The notes below the pieces were generated by a model. It saw nothing but the letters and a program-made list of their open reading frames with translations. It made no database searches and was not told the DNA's origin. Below, in pieces: positions 43,795 to 52,944 of a stretch of DNA of 64,000 nucleotides; position 1 is the stretch's first letter, and every line of letters starts with the position of its first letter. Origin of the DNA: Nitrospiraceae bacterium (GTDB taxonomy: Bacteria; Nitrospirota; Nitrospiria; Nitrospirales; Nitrospiraceae); contig JBFWWG010000003.1 of assembly GCA_050246315.1 (NCBI GenBank), forward strand, positions 192,001-256,000, given 5' to 3'. Position numbers and translations under genes: made by a program.

Positions 43795-44945
43795 CACACT
43801 CGGAGACCGACGGACGCTTCATGGGTCTGGCCCTCAGGCTCGCCGCGCGCGGGAAGGGCCGGACCAGTCCCAATCCGATGGTGGGAGCGGTGGTCGTCTC
43901 CGGCGGACGCATCGTCGGCCAGGCGTACCATCGAAAAGCCGGCGAATCCCATGCCGAGGTGTTGGCCCTGCATCAGGCCGGTCCTCGTGCGCGCGGCGCC
44001 ACCCTCTATCTGACGCTCGAGCCCTGCTGCCACCACAACAAGCGCACCCCGCCCTGTGTCCCACTGCTGATCGCCGCTCACCTTCGCCGGGTCGTGGTGG
44101 CGATGAAGGACCCAAATCCCTCGGTCCGTGGACGCGGCATCCGAGCCCTTCACCGAGCCGGGATTTCGGTCTCAGTCGGCTGCCTTGGAAACGAAGCGGC
44201 GGCGCTCAACCGCATCTATTGCCATTGGATGACAACGGGCAGACCGTGGGTGATTCTCAAGGCCGGCATGACGCTCGACGGAAAGATCGCCACGGCCCGC
44301 GGAGAATCGCAATGGATCACTGGGCCGCGCGCCCGGCGCGAGGCGCATCGGCTCCGAGCTGAAGTCGATGCCATTCTGGTCGGGATCGGGACCGTGCGGG
44401 CCGATGATCCGAAGCTCACGGTCCGACTGCCCCGTAGGGCAGGACGGTCCGGAGCGGTTCGATCGGCGCACCCGCTGCGGGTCATCGTGGACAGCAACTT
44501 GGCGATTCCGCCCACCGCATCGGTCATCTCTCAACTCGCCCGTGCCGACACAATGATTGCCACCACCACGAATGCGCCGCTGCGGCGAGTGAGGGATCTC
44601 AGGCAGGCCGGAGTCGAGGTGTTGCAGTTGCCGGATCGACAAGGTCGTGTTCCGATGGCAAGGCTTCTGCGGGAGTTAGGCCGGCGAGGGATTTCGTCCC
44701 TTCTCGTGGAAGGGGGCGGCACGATTAGCGCCGCGTTCTGGAAGGAGAGGCTTGTGAACGAAGCGCGACTCTTTGTGGCGCCGCTCCTGCTGGGAGGACA
44801 GGATGCCATATCGGTGATTGGCGGCGCGTCGCCGGGCCGGCTGGCCGACGCAGTGAAACTACAGAGCGTGCGTGTTCGTCAGGTAGGATCGGATTTCCTC
44901 GTGCAGGGATTAGTCCCGCCACCATCAACGTCCCGCCACCGTTGA
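43791..44945 (+). CDS. ribD: Riboflavin biosynthesis deaminase/reductase
   Basis: PNPMVG, HAEV, TLEPCCH, TLDGKIA, SQWIT, VEGG. Confidence 0.95.
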   Translation: MTHSETDGRFMGLALRLAARGKGRTSPNPMVGAVVVSGGRIVGQAYHRKAGESHAEVLALHQAGPRARGATLYLTLEPCCHHNKRTPPCVPLLIAAHLRRVVVAMKDPNPSVRGRGIRALHRAGISVSVGCLGNEAAALNRIYCHWMTTGRPWVILKAGMTLDGKIATARGESQWITGPRARREAHRLRAEVDAILVGIGTVRADDPKLTVRLPRRAGRSGAVRSAHPLRVIVDSNLAIPPTASVISQLARADTMIATTTNAPLRRVRDLRQAGVEVLQLPDRQGRVPMARLLRELGRRGISSLLVEGGGTISAAFWKERLVNEARLFVAPLLLGGQDAISVIGGASPGRLADAVKLQSVRVRQVGSDFLVQGLVPPPSTSRHR

Positions 44946-44952
44946 AATCAGA

Positions 44953-46332
44953 ATGCGACCGCACGATCGTCACACATCGCTCTCGATCATCGCCCTCTGG
45001 TTAGGCTTCCTGTTGCCCATTGCGGCTAGTCCCAGCAGCGCAGAAGAGAGTCCGCCCTCTTCCGACAACCTTGTCCGCGAATACCTCGACACGCCGGACG
45101 CGGAGCGGGCCGACCACCTGCTCTCCACAATCCTTGCCGATCCTCGTTCCACCCTCTCAGTCGTGCGCGACCAGATCTTGCGCCCGCGCGAGTATGGCCC
45201 GGCCGCTACCGGCGTTCAGCTCAACGTTCCATTGTCGGTGCGAGGCCGGTCGCACAACTTTGCCCTCTTTGTGCCGGAGCACTATCAGCCGACCCGCGAC
45301 TACGGCCTGGTGATCTGCCTCCACGGAGCCGGGTTCACGGGCGAGGCCTATCTCGATCGATGGAAACCACGCCTGGGAGACGACTACATCCTGGCCTGTC
45401 CGACCTACGGCATGGGCGCCTGGTGGGAGCGAGGCGCCGAGGAATTGGTCCTGGCCACGATGCGAACCGTCTGGTCTCACTACCGTATCGACCGCAACCG
45501 AGTGTTCCTCACCGGCATGTCGAACGGCGGGATCGGGGCCTGGATCATCGGGATGCATCACGCCGATCTGTTTGCCGGCTTGGCCCCCATGGCCTCAGGC
45601 ATCGACGATGTGTTGTATCCGTTCTTGTCGAACCTGCGCACGACACCGGTCTACATGATCCACGGCTCGCAGGACGAGGTCATGCCGGTGCGGCTCAGCC
45701 GCGAATTGGCGGCCGAGCTGACCAAGCTGGGGTACGAGTTCGTCTATCGCGAGCATGACCGTAGCCATCCGATGGCGGGAGGCCACTTTTTCCCTCGTGA
45801 GGAGTTACCGGCGCTGGTGGATTGGATGAACAAACGACAGCGAGTCGTCTGGCCGATGCACCTTTCGACGACGCGGGACGCCAGCCATTTGGAAGCGTTT
45901 GCGTGGACTCGAATTGATGCGACCGACCGAATCGCCATGTTCAGCGAGAATCTCTTCGAGGGCACAGATCGCTTCATTACAGACCGCGTCTATGCGAAGC
46001 TCGACGCCCAGATTGTCGAGCGGAACCGGATCGAGGTCCGGGCGAAACATGTGCTGCGCTATTCGTTGTTCCTGAACGAAGAGCTGATCGACCTCTCTCG
46101 ACCGGTTGTGGTCATCACGAACGGGACAGAAAGTTTCCGGGGGCTTCTCACACCCTCCGTCGAAACGATGTTGCGGCAGGCCAGGCTCCGCGGCGATCCG
46201 AACCGAACCTTCTCCGTCCAGGTCACGATCACAACCATCCCGGCGGACGACCCAGTCGATCGACTGGAACAAACCGAACCGGTCAAGCCAAGCTCACCGG
46301 CCTCGCCGTCTCCCAGCCCGGACCTTCCATGA
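44953..46332 (+). CDS. Exported alpha/beta hydrolase (esterase/peptidase)
   Basis: Signal peptide, LHGAG, nucleophile motif GMSNGG, HGSQD. Confidence 0.8.
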   Translation: MRPHDRHTSLSIIALWLGFLLPIAASPSSAEESPPSSDNLVREYLDTPDAERADHLLSTILADPRSTLSVVRDQILRPREYGPAATGVQLNVPLSVRGRSHNFALFVPEHYQPTRDYGLVICLHGAGFTGEAYLDRWKPRLGDDYILACPTYGMGAWWERGAEELVLATMRTVWSHYRIDRNRVFLTGMSNGGIGAWIIGMHHADLFAGLAPMASGIDDVLYPFLSNLRTTPVYMIHGSQDEVMPVRLSRELAAELTKLGYEFVYREHDRSHPMAGGHFFPREELPALVDWMNKRQRVVWPMHLSTTRDASHLEAFAWTRIDATDRIAMFSENLFEGTDRFITDRVYAKLDAQIVERNRIEVRAKHVLRYSLFLNEELIDLSRPVVVITNGTESFRGLLTPSVETMLRQARLRGDPNRTFSVQVTITTIPADDPVDRLEQTEPVKPSSPASPSPSPDLP

Positions 46333-47507
46333 CACGCCAGCAGAGCTATGCCACCCTCTGCGCGGTCGGGGTCTGTTGTTTCATCAGCTATAACCTCATC
46401 CGCATGCCGGTCCTTTCACTGTTCGCACAGTCGCTCGGAGCCTCGCCGGAGGAAATCGGCCTGATCGTGTCCGTCTCCACCTTGACCGGCGTGTTGTTGA
46501 AACTGCCGGGCGGGGCCCTGTCGGATATCTATGGACGACGCCTGCTGCTTCGCATCGGGGTCCTGGCCTTCGGACTGCCGCCTTTCGTCTATCCCTTCAT
46601 CACCGAAATCGGGACCTTGACGGGATTGCGATTCGTGCACGGCCTGGCCACGGCGCTCTTTGCTCCCGCCGCCTTGGCAACCGTGGCGGAGCTCTTCCAG
46701 GAACGACGCGGCGCGGCCTTGGGTGGCTACACCGCATCCACGCAAGCCGGTGCCCTGCTGGGCCCAGTCCTCGGTGGTTGGCTTGTTTATGCGGTCGGCT
46801 TCCCCACGACCTTCATCACGGCCGGCCTTTGCGGCGGTCTCGGCTTGATCTGCTTTCTGGCACTGCGGCTCAGTCCTCCTCCGCCTCTGGGAGAGAAGAG
46901 CCTGCGACGAGTCGCGCAGGAAATGTGGCAGGGGTTCCGTATCGTCGCCAACAATACGGCGGTCCTCGTCACTAGTGCGACCGACGGCGCCAAGATGATC
47001 GCCAACGGCGCCCTCATGGCGTTTCTTCCGATCTATGGCACTTCAGTCGGATTGAATCCGGGCCAGATCGGCGTTCTCTTCGGTGTGCAGGGCGTCACCT
47101 CGTTTCTGTCTAAACCGATCATGGGCCGAGCCTCCGACCACATCGGCCGGCGGCCGTTGATCCTTCTGGGACTATTGCTCTGCGCGGTCTCCTTCGTCCT
47201 GATTCCACAAGTCGCAACCTTTCCCGCGCTCATCGTTCTGGCGGCTCTATTCGGCTATGGGGAGGCGGTGGTCTCCTCATCGACCTCCGCCCTCGTGGCG
47301 GATGTCTCCGACATCAAGCGGCTCGGGGCGGGGATGGGCATGCAGGGCACGATCATGGACATCGGCCACGCGAGCGGCCCCCTGCTGGCCGGATTCCTGA
47401 TTGCGGTATCGGGCTATGCGATCACCTTCGCCATCATTGCCGCCATTCAACTTCTCGCAGCCGGGCTGTTCTGGTCGACAGTCCGCCCGTCGTCTCCCCC
47501 TCAATAA
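46329..47507 (+). CDS. MFS transporter
   Basis: About 12 TMs; GALSDIYGRR and GRASDHIGRR motifs. Confidence 0.9.
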   Translation: MTRQQSYATLCAVGVCCFISYNLIRMPVLSLFAQSLGASPEEIGLIVSVSTLTGVLLKLPGGALSDIYGRRLLLRIGVLAFGLPPFVYPFITEIGTLTGLRFVHGLATALFAPAALATVAELFQERRGAALGGYTASTQAGALLGPVLGGWLVYAVGFPTTFITAGLCGGLGLICFLALRLSPPPPLGEKSLRRVAQEMWQGFRIVANNTAVLVTSATDGAKMIANGALMAFLPIYGTSVGLNPGQIGVLFGVQGVTSFLSKPIMGRASDHIGRRPLILLGLLLCAVSFVLIPQVATFPALIVLAALFGYGEAVVSSSTSALVADVSDIKRLGAGMGMQGTIMDIGHASGPLLAGFLIAVSGYAITFAIIAAIQLLAAGLFWSTVRPSSPPQ

Positions 47508-47557
47508 CGAGCGAAGCGAGCCGCGCAGAGTCCGTCAGGACCTGAGCGATCGTGCGT

Positions 47558-47629
47558 GTGCTTTCGCACGATCCGCGCATCGTGCTTTCGCACAACCCGC
47601 GCATCGTGCTTTTGAACGACACACCGTTG
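47558..47629. repeat. Tandem 24-bp repeat x3 with palindromic core GTGC-TTTC-GCAC
   Basis: Units start at 47558, 47582 and 47606; the third is degenerate. Confidence 0.75.
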
Positions 47630-47878
47630 CCTTTCACGGATTAGGCACATCCGCATCTCCTACCCATGACGAGATCCCAGCCGAAGACGGCGTCAAAAAG
47701 CGGATGGGATGTGTCGAAGAACAGAATCGCATGGTCTTGCGAGGCGATAGAGCATGTGGCAACCACGCTGGACTAGCGGTCTGGTCTGTCCGTAGTGCAA
47801 CCTCTGGGGATTGATAATTGCATGAAGGTCTCAATAGTCCATGGCTTCACACCATCGACCAACCATGGCGAGGATCAG

Positions 47879-48511
47879 ATGAATCTCAAAGGTCTCATTC
47901 ATCGAGAACTGGGGGAAGGACTCACCGAGAAAGAGCTGGCCACTGCGATCGGTGTCTCTCCGCGAACCATCGACAGGATTCTCGCGAATCAGCCCCCGAA
48001 CGATCCAGCCGTCTGGCATCGGTTCGCCAAGTACTTTCGGATGGATGCGGATTTCCTTCGCGCCGGTGGTCCGAATACGCGGGCTGCACGTTCCAAGAAG
48101 GGCGACGTGGCCCCGACCGTCCCGATGAGAAAGGTTCCGTTGGTGAGTTGGGAGGCGATCGGTCGAGTGGTTGCAGGCGAACCCGACGCCATCCACCACG
48201 ATGGCGCTGCGATGATCGAAACGGATGTTCAAGGGCCGCGCACGTTTGCTCTACGTGTGAAGGACGATTCCATGTATCCGCTCTTCGGTAAAGGCGAGGT
48301 CATTTTCGTCAACCCGGATTTCGACCGTGAGCCGGGACAGTATGTCATCGCGGGTCCGCGCCAGACTCCTGACCAGGCGGTCTTGAGAGAACTCCGAATG
48401 ATCGGAGACCATTACGTATTGCACCCGCTCAATCGAGGACGGAAGGATCTGCTCATGACGGAAGACTACTGCCTGTGGGGTAAAGTCATCCGGTTGCGAA
48501 AGAACCTTTGA
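47879..48511 (+). CDS. XRE HTH + S24 peptidase repressor (LexA/CI-like)
   Basis: LTEKELATAIGVSPRTI HTH; FALRVKDDSMYP S24 motif. Confidence 0.85.
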   Translation: MNLKGLIHRELGEGLTEKELATAIGVSPRTIDRILANQPPNDPAVWHRFAKYFRMDADFLRAGGPNTRAARSKKGDVAPTVPMRKVPLVSWEAIGRVVAGEPDAIHHDGAAMIETDVQGPRTFALRVKDDSMYPLFGKGEVIFVNPDFDREPGQYVIAGPRQTPDQAVLRELRMIGDHYVLHPLNRGRKDLLMTEDYCLWGKVIRLRKNL

Positions 48512-48548
48512 ACAACGTGTTTCTGAACCCTCTCACGGAAAGGAGCGC

Positions 48549-49355
48549 ATGATGACACGACACACTCTGTGGCAGGCAGCCGTTCTCACAACGGGCGTAT
48601 TCGGGCTACTCGGCTTGACAACCTTTGCCGGCGCCGCTCCAGGAGCCGAAGCGGATGCTCACCAACTGTTGCCGGGAGACCGAGTTCTCATCGGCACGGT
48701 TGAGAGCATTCGAAGCGACCAGGCCCAAGTCAAGACCGGCGAGTTGCAGCCACGTTTCGTCCCTCTTGGGGTGCGCAGAGCCAAGGGACTGCCGGACCTG
48801 AAACCAGGCGATCGCCTCGAGATCACGGTCAATGATCAGAACCTCCTCGTAGATGCGCACGTGACCGGCGAATCAAGCCATCACCTGGTCGTGCATGGCC
48901 AATTGGCTCAGCCGTTGGTCACCGGTCACGACAAGGCGGTCATTCGCACCCCCGACGGAAAAGAGGAGTCGCACTTCGTACGGCCTGTCGCCAGAGCCAA
49001 GACGGCTTCCATTCCGGTGGGCGTGGATGCGGTCTTCCTCATCGACGAATTGAATCGGATCGTGGACGTGACCTTCGAGAGCAAGGAAGCGGTCCATCGT
49101 GCCGCCGAACTCTGGCAAAAGATGACGCCGCTGAAGAGCAACTTTCGCCGAGAGAACGTGGTGGTTGTGAAACCCTTGGAGCATGACATGATTGCGGTTC
49201 GGACGGATGAGGGAAACGAGCGCCGATACGAAGTTCGCCCGCTCGTTCAACCTCGGATGGCGCAGTTGGCGAAGGGCGATGAAGCCGTGTTGTTGATGGA
49301 TGACGAAAGTAAAGTGACGGACGTGGCCATTCCGCGACATGTCAAAGAGAACTAA
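48549..49355 (+). CDS. Exported hypothetical protein with repeated beta-rich modules
   Basis: RBS AAGGAG; signal peptide; internal repeats (..LVDAH/..IVDVT/..VTDVA). Confidence 0.7.
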   Translation: MMTRHTLWQAAVLTTGVFGLLGLTTFAGAAPGAEADAHQLLPGDRVLIGTVESIRSDQAQVKTGELQPRFVPLGVRRAKGLPDLKPGDRLEITVNDQNLLVDAHVTGESSHHLVVHGQLAQPLVTGHDKAVIRTPDGKEESHFVRPVARAKTASIPVGVDAVFLIDELNRIVDVTFESKEAVHRAAELWQKMTPLKSNFRRENVVVVKPLEHDMIAVRTDEGNERRYEVRPLVQPRMAQLAKGDEAVLLMDDESKVTDVAIPRHVKEN

Positions 49356-49819
49356 TGTGGGCCGCTAGTCCGCATGGTTCATGATGACTTCCACTGCTAC
49401 CGCCGTACAACCCGTTGTCGATCGACGGCAACGGGTTGTACGGCGGTAGCGCCATAGGAGTAGCCCTTCCGCTCCTGCGTATCAGCCCCTACCTCGCCCC
49501 TGAACCTGACTCGCTCGTGCTCGTTTCCGTCTCTCGCTTCCATCGGGTCTACCGAGTAGCCCCGGCACCGGATGAGCCTACCCGGCTGTCTATCGCCCGC
49601 TGCTTGCTCCTCGACCGAGCAGTGCAGCATCACTCCGTGTCGCAATCCACTCTCGGTGTCATCCGGTGAATACAGCACATCGCCTGCCGCGAGGAACGGG
49701 CCTCCTGGGTGCTGAATTCTTCCGTTCATCGTTCAGCACAACTCTCAGCCCACAACCGCTGGAACCACACGGCGGCCGGATCGAAATGGGCCTCCTAACT
49801 GATGCTATAATGCAGCCGC

Positions 49820-49969
49820 CTAACCCACATTAGTCATGAACGCTTCTACTGCAACCGCCGATACGCCGCTGCCACGAGCCAGCATGCGGCCTGGAACGCA
49901 GGCGGGCGGGCAGGCTCGCCTGGCGACTCCGCAATTTCTCGACGAACTGTCATGAATAATGCGGGTTAA
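49820..49969 (-). mobile_element. MITE-like copy (150 bp, reverse orientation)
   Basis: CTAACCCACATTAGTCATGAACGCTTCTACTGCA... and ...TCATGAATAATGCGGGTTAA; subterminal parts are reverse complements of the 51801-52018 copy. Confidence 0.8.
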
Positions 49970-50141
49970 GCGGGCCGTCACACATGAGGGAATACGCCAC
50001 CGAAGATCTCATGATCGGGGTGCTCGCCGCGCTCGACGTGGCTGACGCTCATCGTGGTATTGGTGCTGGTGGTCCGGCAGGTCATGGGAAAGTCCTTACG
50101 CCGCTGGCAAATGAGAATGACTCTCTACGGAGCTGATCGCT

Positions 50142-50798
50142 ATGTTTACCGGCATCGTTGAAGAAATGGGCGCAGTCACCTCGATCGAGAAGTCGCTCGC
50201 AGGCACGCGCATGACCCTTCTGGCCTCGACCGTAATGAGCGATCTGAAGGTCGGGGATAGTGTGAGCGTCAACGGGACTTGTTTGACGGTCGTCAGCAGG
50301 GGAGAGCGGGAATTTTCAGTCGAGGTGTCGCCGGAAACACTGGCGGTCACGACGCTCGGTCGATTGACAGCCGGAGCGCCGGTCAACCTCGAACGGGCCA
50401 TGAGATTGAACGAACGGCTCGGCGGGCACATGGTCGCGGGGCATGTGGACGGTATCGGGACGATTCTCGCCCGACTGCCCGACAGCAACGCGATCATCCT
50501 GGAATGCGAAGCGCCCAAGGAGGTCCTGCGCTATTGCGTGCCGAAGGGCTCGATCACGGTCGATGGCATCAGTCTGACGATCAATCAGGTCACCGACCGG
50601 TCCTTCGCCGTTGCGATCATCCCACACACGGCCAATGTCACCACCTTGGGTCTTATACAAGTCGGCGATCGGGTCAACCTCGAATCAGACTTGATCGGCA
50701 AGTACGTCGAGCGGCTCTTGCAGGAACGCGGCGTGCTCCCCACCAAACCGGCCCCCCCCATCGATGTGGACTATCTCAAGAAACGCGGATTGATTTGA
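50142..50798 (+). CDS. ribE: Riboflavin synthase (alpha chain)
   Basis: MFTGIVEE, GDSVSVNGTCLTV, GGHMVAGHVDG, KGSITVDGISLT. Confidence 0.96.
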   Translation: MFTGIVEEMGAVTSIEKSLAGTRMTLLASTVMSDLKVGDSVSVNGTCLTVVSRGEREFSVEVSPETLAVTTLGRLTAGAPVNLERAMRLNERLGGHMVAGHVDGIGTILARLPDSNAIILECEAPKEVLRYCVPKGSITVDGISLTINQVTDRSFAVAIIPHTANVTTLGLIQVGDRVNLESDLIGKYVERLLQERGVLPTKPAPPIDVDYLKKRGLI

Positions 50799-50820
50799 TC
50801 GTCCTTCGACTCAAGCCGAA

Positions 50821-50860
50821 TTGACAGCGCTGATATAGACGTATATCCTCACGTATATAC
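50821..50860 (+). promoter_or_regulatory. vapBC promoter with palindromic operator
   Basis: TTGACA-17 nt-TATCCT overlapped by GATATAGACGTATATC and GTATATAC palindromes. Confidence 0.6.
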
Positions 50861-50883
50861 GTCCACCCCAGAGAGGCGCTGCC

Positions 50884-51126
50884 ATGGCCAAAAAGACCAC
50901 TCGGTTGTTCTTCAGCGGGAATAGCCAGGCCGTCCGCATTCCGAAAGAGTTTCAGATGGAAGGCGATGAGGTCGAGATCCAGCGCAGGGGCAACACCCTT
51001 GTGCTCCGCCCCATGAAAAAGTCCTGGGCAGCGTTGACCGATAGCTTGAAGAACTTTACGCGAGACTTTATGGAAAGCGGACGGCAGCAGCCCCTCTCAC
51101 AGAAACGGAAGCGGCCCTTTTCATGA
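50884..51126 (+). CDS. vapB: AbrB-type antitoxin VapB
   Basis: LFFSGNSQAVRIPKEF motif. Confidence 0.92.
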   Translation: MAKKTTRLFFSGNSQAVRIPKEFQMEGDEVEIQRRGNTLVLRPMKKSWAALTDSLKNFTRDFMESGRQQPLSQKRKRPFS

Positions 51127-51524
51127 AGGTGATGCTGGACACCAACATCTGCATCTATCTCATCAAGAAGCAACCTCCTTCCGTGCTGGAACGTTTCACG
51201 GACCATCCGGTCGGCGACATCGGCATCTCGGTCATCACATTGGCAGAACTCGAATACGGTGCGAGCAAGAGCCGGCATCCGCTGCGAAATCGGCTGGCCC
51301 TTTACCAATTCATTACGCCACTGGAAGTGGCTGACCTCGATCGGAATGCAGCGACCACCTATGGAAGACTCCGTGCTTCTCTAGAGACCAAGGGCACAGT
51401 CGTCGGAGCAATGGACCTCTTGATCGCTGCCCACGCGATCTGCCTGGGAGTCAAGCTGGTGACCAACAATGTACGGGAGTTTCAGCGAATCCCTGGATTG
51501 CGAGTGGACAATTGGGTGTCGTGA
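51123..51524 (+). CDS. vapC: PIN-domain toxin VapC
   Basis: MLDTNICIY, AELEYG, DLLIAAHA, VTNNVREF; ATGA overlap with vapB. Confidence 0.94.
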   Translation: MKVMLDTNICIYLIKKQPPSVLERFTDHPVGDIGISVITLAELEYGASKSRHPLRNRLALYQFITPLEVADLDRNAATTYGRLRASLETKGTVVGAMDLLIAAHAICLGVKLVTNNVREFQRIPGLRVDNWVS

Positions 51525-51557
51525 CCGACAACAGAGGCTGAAACGGTGCTCATCACT

Positions 51558-52254
51558 ATGAAGATCCAATCAGTGACCTATAACAACCGCAAAACGGCGT
51601 TTCAGGTGAGAGGGTCCAAGAAGTCAATGCTGCTTCCCTATTCGAAGGTCGATCCTCAACCCAGTGCCGACGATCCCATTGCCAAGCTCTACGTGGACAG
51701 GGAGCTTGGGCGGGAAGGGTTCACCTATGTGTTGGCCTCGGGCAAAGAAGGGACCGTCCATAGTGAGCAGGTCCTGGAGTACAACCAGGATCCGAACTAT
51801 CTAGCCCGCATTATTCATGACGATGCGTCACGAAATGGCGGAGTCGCATGGCGAGACGGGCGTGCGGAGCCGCAAGGAAGGGAGGCAGACTTGAAACAGT
51901 CTGTTGACCGACCGAGCGGCGAGTCCGCCAGCCTGCACACCATGGACCCCGTGCGCAGGCTTGTCGCAGCGGCGAATCCGTCATTGCAGTAGAAACGTTC
52001 ATGAATATTGCGGACCAGGAGATGCCTTGTTGCATAAGTTGACGGACGAGGCGCAACGACGAACGAAGGTCAGTCCTTTATCAAAGCGTGAGATGATCCG
52101 CAGGCTCGGGACCTCCGCCACGCAACTCTATCGCTTGCTCGACCAGACCAACTACCGCAAGTCGATCGACCAACTCTTGGCCCTGCTGCACATATTGGAT
52201 TGCGATGTCGATGTACTCGTGCGAACAAAACGCTCGCCGAGCAAGGCCGTCTAA
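51558..52254 (+). pseudogene. Gene with C-terminal HTH, split by a MITE insertion
   Basis: Removing 51805-52018 restores one frame: ...EYNQDPNYL-G-DALLHKLT...SKREMIRRLGTSATQLYRLLD. Confidence 0.8.
51801..52018 (+). mobile_element. MITE-like element inserted at CTAG
   Basis: CTAGCCCGCATTATTCATGA...TCATGAATATTGCGGACCAG terminal inverted repeats; interrupts a reading frame. Confidence 0.88.
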
Positions 52255-52272
52255 TCTCCGAAGGCACGGGCA

Positions 52273-52437
52273 GTGAGAGAGCACGACGATTTCTCAAGAT
52301 TGAAGGGACGTAGGAATCCCTATATCCTGTCGTTGAAGCAGCCGATTACGATGGGACTGGGCGACTGTCGAAAACAGGCATCCGTGAAGAGGACAAGGAA
52401 GACATCTGGTCGGGCTCCGTTCGTGAGCGCTAAGTAG
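52273..52437 (+). pseudogene. Truncated BrnA/CopG-like antitoxin remnant
   Basis: MREHDDFSRLKGRRNPYILSLKQPITM resembles the N-terminus of that antitoxin family (from recall); the remainder looks unrelated. Confidence 0.45.
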
Positions 52438-52464
52438 ATGGCTTCATAAGTCAATTCTCATGCC

Positions 52465-52514
52465 TGACCCTCTACTCTGCTCCTCTACTCTGCTCATGAC
52501 CCTCTACTCTGCTC
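52465..52514. repeat. Three copies of CTCTACTCTGCTC
   Basis: Exact 13-mers at 52470, 52483 and 52502; first and third are preceded by TGACC. Confidence 0.85.
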
Positions 52515-52648
52515 CGAGCAAGGCCGCGTGATATCTGTAGGCGGATGAAGCGGAAGGGGACATCAGGAGAGGAGGCGGATCAACTGGGGAGCGACGCGGG
52601 AGCTGATACTCGGCGAGGAATGGCGCTCTGTGGACTATCGAGGAAACT

Positions 52649-52691
52649 CGCGATCGGGGCCGTCGGCTTTCGCCAATCGGCCCCGATCGCG
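52649..52691 (-). other. Strong hairpin downstream of the DGR template repeat
   Basis: CGCGATCGGGGCCG / CGGCCCCGATCGCG 14-bp stem. Confidence 0.7.
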
Positions 52692-52823
52692 CCACCCCAG
52701 GCCCTCTCTTCGGCGTTCCCGCGTCGGCGAGAGGCCGGGAAGCAGGCTCATGGACACCCGCTGCCTCACCCGGCCTGTCCGTGAACAGACCGGCTCCGGG
52801 CCGGCCAGAGCCGTGCGGGCGGA

Positions 52824-52944
52824 CTGGACAAGACGGAATCCCAGGTTGTTGTTCCGGTTGTCGGCATTGTTCCTGTTCCGGTTCGACGCACGGAGGTTCT
52901 CCGGTTTGTTGTTCCAGGACCCGCCGCGGATCACACGCTGGCCG
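52824..52944 (-). repeat. DGR template repeat (TR)
   Basis: 121-bp ungapped match to VR 54498-54618; 17 mismatches, all at TR adenines; 11 AAY codons. Confidence 0.96.

Noticed and set aside
47558..47629. Possible CRISPR array
   Set aside because: Period of only 24 bp, no unique spacers and no cas genes in the window.
47879..48511. Prophage suggested by a CI-like repressor
   Set aside because: No integrase, replication or structural phage genes nearby.
49397..49729. Hypothetical ORF
   Set aside because: No motif or convincing RBS, and competing ORFs lie on both strands.
49970..50141. FMN riboswitch upstream of ribE
   Set aside because: No recognisable FMN aptamer consensus was seen.
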